From Takakia lepidozioides (taxonomy: Eukaryota; Plantae; Bryophyta): a DNA stretch of 64,000 nt. The notes beneath the pieces were generated by a model. The model made no database searches and was not told the DNA's origin. It saw only the letters and a list, made by a program, of their open reading frames with translations. The stretch is taken from NCBI GenBank assembly GCA_030704615.1, contig CM060732.1, positions 68,572,001-68,636,000 of the forward strand, in the 5' to 3' direction. This document shows, in pieces, positions 27,176-37,681 of the stretch (its first letter is position 1; each line of letters starts with the position of its first letter). The position numbers were made by a program, and so were the translations under genes.

Positions 27176-29964
27176 CTATCCAATGCAATGTGGACATAAC
27201 CAATCCTCATCCGGAACCATCTCAAGAGGTGGAGTCAAACATGCCATATGCCAACCTCTAGAGCATCGATCACACACCAGCATGGTGGCTGCCCCTCTAG
27301 CAGACCCACACAATATGCACCTCAAACCTGCAGGTACTGCCAGGTTTGGGTCAACATTTCCATCAACATTTGGAAGGTGACATGGCGCGCAATTACGCAC
27401 ATGGTCCTTCCAAATCATGCCATCCCGACCCTCCAAGATCAGGACTCCTGAGGGCAACACCTCTCGAACCCTCAAAATAGTACGTCCTGCAGTCACATCC
27501 AAGGTCGTAGGAGCAGTCTGCTGCAGATAAACATAGTCACCAGGGTTGAATCTCCGAACCCCAGGACGATAGCCCCCACCACGTATGGTAGCATACCTCA
27601 ACGTATCACAATGTTGTGCAATGGCAAGGTTCTCGAAAGCCATGGGCATGACTTTCTTGAACAACTCTGCACGCTGCTCACATGCACGTGCCCACACGTC
27701 CGGATCGTCAAGGTTAAGAACTGTAACAGCTTCTCTGCGAATGGATGTAGGCAAATCCGGCTCTCGGCCAAAGAGAAGAAAGTATGGTGAGAAGGAGGCA
27801 AGTGATGCTTGCTTGCTGAACCTGTAGCCCATGGCTAACCAGGGTAACTGAAGGTCTCAATCTCCTAGGTGTCCCTTCTGCAAGCCATACTTGCGCAAAC
27901 CCCTCTTTACTGTCTGAACAACTCTCTCTGTCAAGCCATCGGCCTCAGGATAATCCCGCACCCTGTCACACACCATGCACCTAGCCACAAATTGTTGCAC
28001 CTCTGTGTGCATACCACGCCACCAATACTGCCCCTGCAGTAGACTATGAGTGCGTCGCACCCCAAAATGCCCCAACTCCTCATGGGCATGCCGCACTAAC
28101 CGTGCCCGCTGTGTTGGGTGAGGCACAATCCTCACTCGACCATCCTCCCACACTCGGAGCAGGTATGTCCCCTCCCACTTGAACCTCTTGGCTCGTTGTA
28201 GGATCCGATCTCTCTTCTTGGCAGTCACAGTGGCTGCAGTGTCTCCAGTGCAGAGGTAGTCCAACACAACTGAATCCTCATGTATATCTTTGGCGCCACC
28301 TTGCTCATTGCTGGCCTCAGGGTCCTCAGACACTTGATCTACAGTCATCCCTGTTGCAGGTCCAACCTGGCCTTCCGCTGCCAAGATACACAGAAATGCA
28401 GATGCATGCCATCCGGGCACCATCTCCTCGTCCGTCTCACCATGCCACCGAGCTCCAGTGTCATCCTGCTGGCTCATATATGGATTGCGATTGACCAAAC
28501 CCGGTCGATGCACCACCTGAAAGTCATACTCTTGAAGGATGAGTGCCCACCGTGCAAGCTTCCCCGTAAGCTTGTCTAACTCCATCAACCACTTGAGTGG
28601 TTGGTGATCCGTGACAAGGGTGAAGAGATTGCCGTATAGATAGCACCTGAAGTGTGCCACGACCCACACTGCAGCTAAGCATTCTCTCTCATATGAGCTA
28701 TACTTAGACTCTGCAACGTTGTTCGAGCGGCTAGCATAAGCCACTACGAACTCTCTTCCCTCATCATCCACCTGTGTGAGCACCGCTCCAAGCCCCAGCA
28801 TGCTCCAATCTGTATGCAACTGAAAAGGACGCCCCCTGATAGGTAGTCTCAAGATGGGCGCCGAGGTCAACCTCGCCTTGAGTTCTTGAAAAGCTTGTTC
28901 TTGCTCATCTTCCCACTGCCACTCCTGGTCCACCTTGGTCAGCTTGGTTAGAGCCTTTGCAATGGCACTAAATCCCTTAACAAACCGTCTATAATAGTTT
29001 GCTAACCCATGAAAGCTCGAACTCGGCTCACATCCGTGGGGCGTGGAACCTGTGCAATGGACTCTACCTTAGTCTGCTGTACCCCCAATCCTCCAGGATA
29101 TATCATGTGACCCAGATACTCAATCTGGTTGTGGAAAAACTTGCACTTTCCCGGATGTAACTTCAATCCGTGCGCCCTCAAGCGCTCAAATACCCCCTGA
29201 AGGTGTCTCTCAAGCTCTTCCACCGTAGCACTAAAGATGATGATGTCATCTATATAGCACCGAGCAAACTCCACCCCTGCTAGAATCATGTCCATGACTC
29301 TCTGAAACTCTGCTGGAGCGTTCTTAAGCCCAAATGGTAAGAATCGCCACTGGTATAGGCAATCCTTCCCGTGCTCATTGATCCCCCAGAATGCCGTCTT
29401 TTGCTTATCCGCCTCCTTGATCGGCAACTGGTGATATCCGGATCGTAAATCCAACGTGCTAAAGATCTTGGCATGCCCAATGGCATCAAAGATCTTCTCT
29501 GATTCTCGGTGATGAGTCGCGGTGAGTCTTGGCCCACCCACCACGGCCCCATTGGACCGTGATGAGTCCCAAAATTCCCCACGACTCCCACCACAAGGTC
29601 TCCACCCCATGGTGAGTCATATGCCACCCCCACTAAGACCCACTAAGCTACCACCACTCCTCGTGGACCCACCCCCACCGCAATCCGGTGTGCAGGGCTC
29701 CACCTAGTGCGCGCCTCCGCCTCCTTGAGTGCCTTGGGCACTCAAAGGTACTTCAGCCCCCGTTCCTATTGTTGCCACTGCCCCCACCACAGGGGCAACC
29801 CCTCTTGTGTCCCGACCCCCTACCCTCAAGGCAAAGGGGCGCGACACAGGAGGTGTGGAGTGGGGGAAGAGATTTGACAGGTAGTCTGCCGGAGCCTCCC
29901 TGAAGCCAGCGGGCCCCACCACCTCACAAGCTTGCCTTAAACTCGTCGGATAAGCATAGTCCAT
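27176..29964 (-). mobile_element. Degenerate Ty3/Gypsy internal region (RT-RNaseH-integrase) with a C-terminal PHD finger
   Basis: RT: [21 protein letters not shown]. RNase H: HTDWS, YASRS, TDHQPL. Integrase: HHCC and YPEADGLTER. PHD: CILC..CDRC..WHMAC..WLCPHC. Frameshift at ~29002, stop at 27857, integrase core deleted at ~27955. Probable ORF start at 29964, beyond the LTR fragment. Confidence 0.88.
29500..29846 (-). mobile_element. 5' part of a chromovirus-family LTR inserted in the PHD-Gypsy
   Basis: Reverse complement of the first ~350 bp of the LTRs at 43266 and 55927 (starts TGTCGCGCCCC). Fused directly to RT codons at ~29500. Confidence 0.88.
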
Positions 29965-30539
29965 TAATCACACTAACTAACTACTTTATTGCAATTATAA
30001 ACGACGGCTTGTTTGAATCTAGGCCCACTCGCTGCAGTTTCCTAAGAGTATGCATTTGCCAAAATTACTTAATGCATCCAAGTAATAGAAGTGCCCGGGG
30101 AGTTGAATGCGCTGACACCCTGTCAACGCCCTCAGTCGCTCGCCCCACCGCGGTAAACTGCATAACTACATGAACTGCCCCCACATGACTGAATGTCCCA
30201 CCATGCCCCCCATGAATACCATGCATGCTCATGCCCATGCATACTTTGAATCCTACTGAAAGCCATACATGACATGCCTGCAAAGACATGCTTAGGGTTT
30301 ACGGAAATTTGAATTTCAAATTCCCCCCAAAAAAACGGCGGACGTTCCCGCCGGCTGTATTTGCATTGATGTCTTGAATTGGAAGCTTCCCTCCTGCGGT
30401 TTAGCATTGCATAGCTTTTCAGACGTGTTTGCCATATGGTTATATGGTAACGGAGACCTCTAGTATAGCCAAGGGTGCATTGAAGCTTGACAGAAATCCA
30501 GGCATATACGAGAGATACTACAGAAGAGAGTTTTGGTTA

Positions 30540-32855
30540 TTGCCTCATTAAAGATATGAAAGACATGGGACATGAGTGATGAAAGAGAAGCTAGACTCCA
30601 GAGATATCCAGCAAAAAGATAAAGTTATTTGAAAGCTAATTATCCATATCTTTGGGAGAGAGGAATAGACATAGGGGAATCATCTGGACCTCTCACACCA
30701 TTAAGATCAGAGAGTACATCACCTATACCGGAAGAACTAGAGTTGGATGCCACTCCTTCTTATTCTTTACAAGAAAGATTAAGGGAATTGGTACATGGAG
30801 AAGATCGGCCACGAGGATAAAGATCTGAGGTACATCCCTATATTAAAGATTTGACAGAAATCTTTGATCAGAGTTGGCATGGGACACCAAGAGCAGGAAC
30901 TCCAGTTTCTGAAGCACAAGATAAAGAGGGAGAGGAAGATGTGGCAGAACCAACGGAGAGTTCAGACTCTCCCACACCACTCCAGTTGAGTTACATGAGT
31001 GAGGAAGAAGAAATCCAAGAAAAGAATTTGGAAGATGAAAACAGAGAGAAGAAATTAGAAGAAGAGGAGTATGAGGAAGTAGACCCAACAGTTGAGGTTG
31101 AGACTACAACCAGGACATCCCAACCTGTTGGACCTGGATCAAATGGAGCACTTGGATCACAGGCCAACAAAGGTGTCGGCTCAGGGGGATCAGACGGGCA
31201 GCTTGGATCTGGCTCTGGGGGGACAGGGAGTGTGAGAAGTAGTGCAACTGGAACTGGGAATACTGAGAATACAGTGGGGCCAGTAGTAGGGAGTGCTCAG
31301 GGGTCAGCACCTGGTGGGAGTTCCACCACTACAACAACAGGTCCACAAGGACCAACACCAACAGGAGGACCAGCACTTGTGAGAGGGCAGGGTGTAGGGC
31401 CACAAATGGCGGTACCTCCAACACGGGCAAAGCCACATTTTCCAATATATGTAGGAAAAGGGGATCCTGATGTACACATCAGCCAATTTGAGCACATGTG
31501 TATTGTGAACAATGAGAATGGCGATGATGCCAAGATGAGACTGTTTCCTTGTTCACTTATCAAGAAAGCAAGTGAGATCCTGATAATCATTTCCTAACGT
31601 GGAATGGCCTTAGTACGGCATTCCAAAGCAGGTTCCGGACAAGCAAAACTGAGGATAAAGTGTATGGGAGTTTACAACAGTTAAGGCAAAAGAAGCATGA
31701 AATTGTTGAAGAGTACATGGAAAAGATGGAGTTAATGATGAAAAAGTTGGTTGTTGTACCAGCACCAGGGTTACAGAAGACCTAGTTTGTGAGTGGACTA
31801 AAGACCAGAGTTACAAAAGAAAATGGATATGCTACCCCATAATACAGTGGAGGAGGCATTTGAAACAGCCAACAGAATTGAGCAATTGGGAATGCTCAGA
31901 AGAGAGAAAAGGGATGATGAGGACTCTGAGGATGAGTCAGATGAGGAAGAAGAGCAAGAGCTCAAGAGGAAGAGTAAGAAGAAAGAAAAGTTGAAGAGGG
32001 ATAACTATGAGAAAAGATCGGAGGAAATCTTGAAGAAGTATGCCACAAAGGCTGCAACACATTGGAGGAGGGTGTTTGGTGTGCAAAATGCCAGAATGAG
32101 GGCCATACCACAGCTGAATGCCACATGAAAGAGAAACACTGTACTATGGATAACCATTCTACTGAGAATTGTTATTACAACAGAAGGACAGCTGCAAGAG
32201 AACCTAGGCAAGTGAGGGTGCATCAAGTGCAACCCCAGCCAAGAAGAAACAATGATCAGGACCATTATGGTAGGCCTGGTGGTTATAACAATGGTATGGC
32301 AGGGAGAGGTAATCCAAGAGGGAATTACCAAGGCAATCCAGAGGCAACTATCAGGGTAATCCAAGGGGGAATTACCAACCAGGGAATCAGGATTATAGGA
32401 ATAATCCCAAAGTAGACCAAGGGCGAGGACCCAATGGTGAAGAACTGTGTTACTATTGTAATCAGGCAGGACATCGCAAGGCAGCCTGTTCATTCTGGAT
32501 CAGACACCAGAATGAGATGAGAGCTCATGTGAATGAGGGCCCAGTGGTGGCAGCTCAGTGGTTAGGCCATGTTTTGTACCAGAAGTAAGTACAATGATAG
32601 TGACCAGAAGCAAAGCTAAACTAATACCTCCACTAGATGAGGAAAATGATGAAAATAAAGATGCCAATGATGTGCCTGAAGATGATGAGGCTTGGAAAGA
32701 TGAGAAGAAACTGCACAAAGAAGTGGCTGATACCATAAGGGAAATGGAGAAGAGTGCTGATATCCCTATGGCAGATTCCTCTGATTCTAAAAGAGAAGAT
32801 GAAGGGAGTGAAGAGGAAGTGAGGAAAGAAGCTGCACAAGTGCAGAGTAATGCTA
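30540..32855 (+). mobile_element. Degenerate Ty3/Gypsy (non-chromovirus-like) gag
   Basis: FPIYVGKGDPDVHISQFE..KMRLFPCSL retrotransposon gag motif; Zn knuckles CAKCQNEGHTTAEC and CYYCNQAGHRKAAC; several stops and frameshifts. Confidence 0.75.
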
Positions 32856-33630
32856 GGATTTTCATTTCTCCCTCTCTTTCCTCATAGAAATGTGGTGGGT
32901 AACTACTTGTTACACCCTCAATTGGTGTTGCTGTTACTTTACCATAGCAAATACCCTTCAAGCAACTCAGGCCTCCCAGTTGCATTTCTACAACCTGCAC
33001 CCACTCTGGGTGTGCAGCAAACAGGGTAGCTTCCTGCTCCTCATCCAATCCTCCCCTCCAGTCATACTCTCTGACTCCTCGAGGTCTTATGGTAGCAGGT
33101 GGTCTACTAGATTTCTTAGTGGTGATTTGTATCTTGTGCCTCCCATCATGCACAGTAAGTAACTGAGAATTCCAGTCATGGAATACCCTGGCCTGTTTCA
33201 ACCATGGTCGACCCAGCAATAAGGAGTAAGCTTCCATGACATCATCCATTTTCAACACAGTCACTGTGATCTTAAATATCATCTTTTGAATGTGTATTTT
33301 AACTCCTCTTATCAAACCTAATGGCTGCACACTCATTTGATCTGCCATTGTGACTGTGAATGGGGCTGGTTTCATGTTACTTAAACCAAGCTTCTGCCTT
33401 AATTGGTCTGTCATGATATTCACTCCCGAGCCTCCATCTATCAGTACATCAGTCAAGTTTGTGCTTCCAATTCTCAAATGGATTACTGGCATAGAATCAT
33501 CAAAGTCCATGACTATTTCTCGCCCTTCCAGCTTCACATTATAACTGGTCACCTTGCTGTTCATGCCTGGGTTCTCTGTCACATGGGCAATCTGATTGAT
33601 TGCTTGATACAACCTGTGCCTACAATGAGG
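32855..33630 (-). mobile_element. Retrotransposon aspartic protease segment, inverted relative to the adjacent gag
   Basis: VLIDGGSGVNIM active site and YSLLLGRPWL motif in ORF 32500-33612 (-). Confidence 0.8.
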
Positions 33631-33654
33631 TGCCGCTCTTGCTCAATTCTAACA

Positions 33655-34089
33655 GTCTTGACCCTACTGGATAAATCTGACTTAGAGGCTGTAGTGTCCA
33701 AAGCCATGTCTGTTGCCATAAAATTGTATGATGAAAATGAAGTTAGGCAGAAAACTTCCCTGAACTTGTTTCCAGTTTGTGACATGGCGGAAGACATCTT
33801 GGATGACCTCAAGGGTCTACCCACTCTAGGCACTAGACTGAAATTTAAACTCAGGGTAGGAAGCCTACCTTTGAACAACAAATAGCAGCAGAGAGGAAAG
33901 AGAGAGTGCAATTGCCCATTGTGTGGGCAATCTGAAGACAATATTCATGAATTTTATGATACACTGTCCGGGGTTCTCTCACCAAAGGGACGCTCTCTTC
34001 AAATCTATCAAGGGAATTGTACCTGTATCTCTGTTTACCAACTTTGAAAGTCTCGAGGCTGAGCCAGAAGCCCAGGCCCTTCTGAGGTC
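33655..34089 (+). mobile_element. Internal fragment of the same LINE family as 8090-13440
   Basis: High nucleotide similarity to the reverse complement of ~8683-9113 (LTLLDKSDLEAVVSKAMSVA...LKFKLR..CPLCG..EAEPEAQALLR). Confidence 0.92.
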
Positions 34090-34179
34090 TTCCGTCAATC
34101 CATAACCAACCAAATATTCTGGATGCCAAGTTTTAGAATGTCATGGAGAGAATGCAGTTTGAGAGTGGACTCTGAACAA

Positions 34180-34275
34180 AATGACAGCCTTGGTGACAGC
34201 CTCGTTGCAGACATGCGTGCCCACAAACCCAGTTCCTCCCAATACTACCAACGACCAATCCTCTGATTTGGACTC
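34180..34275 (-). pseudogene. Fragment of an NAD(P)-binding Rossmann (epimerase/dehydratase-like) gene
   Basis: LVVLGGTGFVGTHVCNEAV is a GxxGxxG dinucleotide-binding motif; no downstream domain present. Confidence 0.55.
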
Positions 34276-35204
34276 TCTGACACAATGGCAGACTGCATGG
34301 GATGTGTGCCATGGCTTGCCCCGCTTCCTCCTCCCAAACCACACTACTCCCAAACCACACTACTGTACGCAAGACACACAACACTAAAACACTGGATGGA
34401 CCCAATATCCGAAACAGTGAGAAATGCAAAACCCGCAAGAATGAGAGCCCACATATGCAACACCCACGGGCACACACAAATGGACTTTCTAGCACAGCAA
34501 TGAGGCATTTTCCCTTCCTAGCCTAGAAGGAACCGGAGATCACAAATTGAGCGAAGTCTCTTGGACCACCCATGCACACTCTTTCTCACTTTGCTATGTG
34601 GCATCGCCCCCTCGAGTCAGAGTGGAATTTCATTCACTGGTAGATGAATTGTCTCTCCCTGTTTTCTCGTGTTATGACAGAGAGAATTCCTCAACCGGCA
34701 AAAACAGATGACTAAGGACACCCTCGGTCACGGATGGAGGCGACCGGACCACTTTCATGACTTCAGGATCAACGTGTGATGGTAGACTGGAGTGGTTGGA
34801 TATCTCGAATAGAACAGTGGTATGTGACAAGTCAATAATAGGCATTCATTAATCGCTGGATAAGGAATACACAAACCATAAATGTACAATCTTTTGGCAT
34901 ATAAATCCACATACAATCTTTTGGCCCCTAGGTATAAATACGCGTATGAATGTAATGCACCACTGCATGCACAGTCTTGGGCTCTGATTTCTACAGGACT
35001 AAAAATTCTCTACAAGGTTTTAGTAGTCATCTACTCTTGATGCCTACTGATTTTTTGCAGGGAGCCAAAACACGAAAACTGGCAGAAGCAGCAGCAGCGT
35101 GTACTTGTGCTCAGGCACCTGCTTTCCAGATCAAGTGGAGGACGAAGCTCTGAAAGAAAGTAAGCTTGTAATGGTCTTGGTGCGTGATCTGAGATAGTAG
35201 TGGA

Positions 35205-37185
35205 TCAGACTGAGCGCTGGAAGGGGAGCGGCCGGCGCAGGGTGGCAATGGACTTGAGAGGGGTGAGCATGGGCGTCAATCCGCCGCTGGAGAAGCGCAT
35301 GTCGATGTCCTCGCAGCGCTGGCCTCGGGCGGGAGCCCAGTGGAAGCTGTGCACGAGATTGCCCACAGCGATGCACAGCAGGGAAGTGCTCAGGTTTGCA
35401 CCGGGGCAGGATCTGCGGCCGACTCCGAAGGGGAATATGCGCATTTGTGGGTCCGAGAGCAGCGCCAGGTTGGAGGTCTCCCACCGCTCGGGCCTGAACA
35501 CCAGAGGGTCGGGCCAGATTTTGGAGTTGATGCCCAGCTCGATGTTGCTCACCATCACTTGGGTGCCTGCGGGTATATCGTAGCCCATCACTTTGGTTTG
35601 TGATATGCTCGTGCGTGGCACTCCGAATGGACCGGCAGGGTGCAGGCGGAAGATCTCCTTGATAACGCACTTAAGGTAGTGCAGATTAGGCACGTCTGAA
35701 TCTTTTACGATGTGGTCGATGCCAACCACGCTGTCGAGCTCTTTCTGTAGTTTTTGCTGCACTTGAGGATGGCGCACTATCTCTGCTATTGCCCACTCAG
35801 TGTGATTCACGGGCACATCCAATCCGGACCACATCGAATCCTGCATAAAATTACACGAGAGGCTTGCGCAGTAAGAAAAGCACGGGTGCTCATCCTGCCA
35901 CACCTTCAAGGATCGAAACATGCTGGCCAGTCTGTTGCAAGCATACTGCCTTTCCAAGGATTGACCAAGACGTACACTGTAGAAGAAATTCAAAATGGGT
36001 CAAACGGTTCTATTTCCAATGCTTACAAGAATCAGCGCCTTGATGGTGATGTCCTCCAAAAGTTCCTCACCGTTCTCGCTAGGAAGATCTAGCAGCACAT
36101 CCACGAAGTCATGAGTGCGAGTCTTGGACTCAGAAACCGTGTCACCATGTGTCCGCTGTTTCTTGGCTGCGCGGTGCTCGTCAACAATGGCTTGCAGTTT
36201 CACGTCCAATGCCACATGTAGCTGTGGAGGCAGCAACGTTCAGGTCCAATTTATTATTCTTAGTTGTCCGGTTGAGCAGATCAGATTGGAAATCGACATC
36301 CAACACAAACTCTCACAATTTTGAAGACTCGGAAGGCTCTTGCCACACAAGAGACCGACAGACTTGATCAAATTTCAAGGTCATGGACTCGGCATGGATG
36401 GGGAGGTTTTTCAATGGCCAGTGTACATACCCACTTCACCTTCTTTTTGTAACCTTGTAAGTCCAAGGGTGCAAGCCAAGGAACGAAGTCGCCAATGTTC
36501 ATGACTCCAAATAGTTCAAACGATTCCATGAGCAGGCGCATCACGTCTTGGGTGTCGTCTTGATCGGCCGAATGAGTGCCGAAGTATTTCTTGCCCAAGA
36601 TCATGTCAGTCAAGATGTTCATGCTGAAGTTCTCAATCTTGTGTCTGACGTCCACTTCGGTCCCTTTCTTGCTCGTCTGCGATACAGCCTTCAACATTTC
36701 ACATGCTTCCTCCTCCCTTCTGGGTGCAAAGGATTCTACCCGCTTGCTAGAGAGCAGCTCCATTACATCTTACGCATGGCTCGCCAGTGCTCACCAGGAG
36801 GTGCCATGATGAAGTCGTGCACGCCGTATGTCAAGTACTGGCCACAGATGGTCAATGGACGCGAACTGAAGACATTATCCTGCTCCTTCATGATTTCATT
36901 CAGGATCTCGGGGTCGCAGGTGATGAGTGCCGGCAGAGAGCCGAGCCTGAGGAACACGATGGGGCCATACTTTTTGGTCAATTCCGCCACCGTGAGATGT
37001 GGCTTGGCCCCCAGACTGAGGATGTTGCCCACAATGGGCCATGGCCTTGGTCCCGGAGGATAATTGAGCTTGGGTTGGTGAGCATGTCGGATGATCGCGA
37101 CCAGCACAACTGCAGCTACTGCTACCGACACCTGCATCCATCCGAAGCTCGGAAGCCTCACAGACTGCAAGAGCGAGGAATCCAT
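35205..37185 (-). pseudogene. Cytochrome P450, CYP71 clan (CYP703-like scaffold), 3 exons, frameshifted
   Basis: Exons 37185-36431, 36221-36027 and 35840-35205 (GT-AG). N-terminal anchor, PPGPRPWPIVGN, ExxR (EIFR), PERW, heme FGVGRRSCPG. Frameshift/stop at ~36763 (MRKM* then MELLSS). Confidence 0.88.
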
Positions 37186-37681
37186 GCCCCCAGACCTGTA
37201 CGGTCCTTCATCGCGCTAAAATACGGTTTCTCAAAACTGGCTCACCTATGGGAATTTTTGGTTTTCGCTTCAGTGGTGGTGTCCTCTCCACGTTGTCTGC
37301 TCATTCGAAACAATTAAAGTAAACAAGGAGAACAATTTCATCCTATCTTCTTTTCATCTACAATTATGACACTTCACTTCTTAAGATAGAATGAATGGGT
37401 GGCTGGACAGTTGGTGTATGTGAAAAAAACAGTTGAATATAGACTGTTAATGATTACATAGGATACCTTGTCTGACAGAACACTTGAGGATAGATGAGGA
37501 TAGATGTCCTGGTGCAAAGTGGAATGAAACTACTCATCCAGATTGTCGTGCATCGGCGGAGACGCTCTTGTAGGGGAAATTCTATCAAGTTGTTTTTTGC
37601 AATCCACAGACGTAAGGTTGCTTGCTCGAGTGCTGGCACACTTTGTTGAACACTGCTACCGTACTTTTCTCTGCTTTTTGA

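Noticed and set aside
32500-33612. 370-aa ORF as one real protein
   Set aside because: It is a chimera: protease followed by antisense read-through of the plus-strand gag segment.
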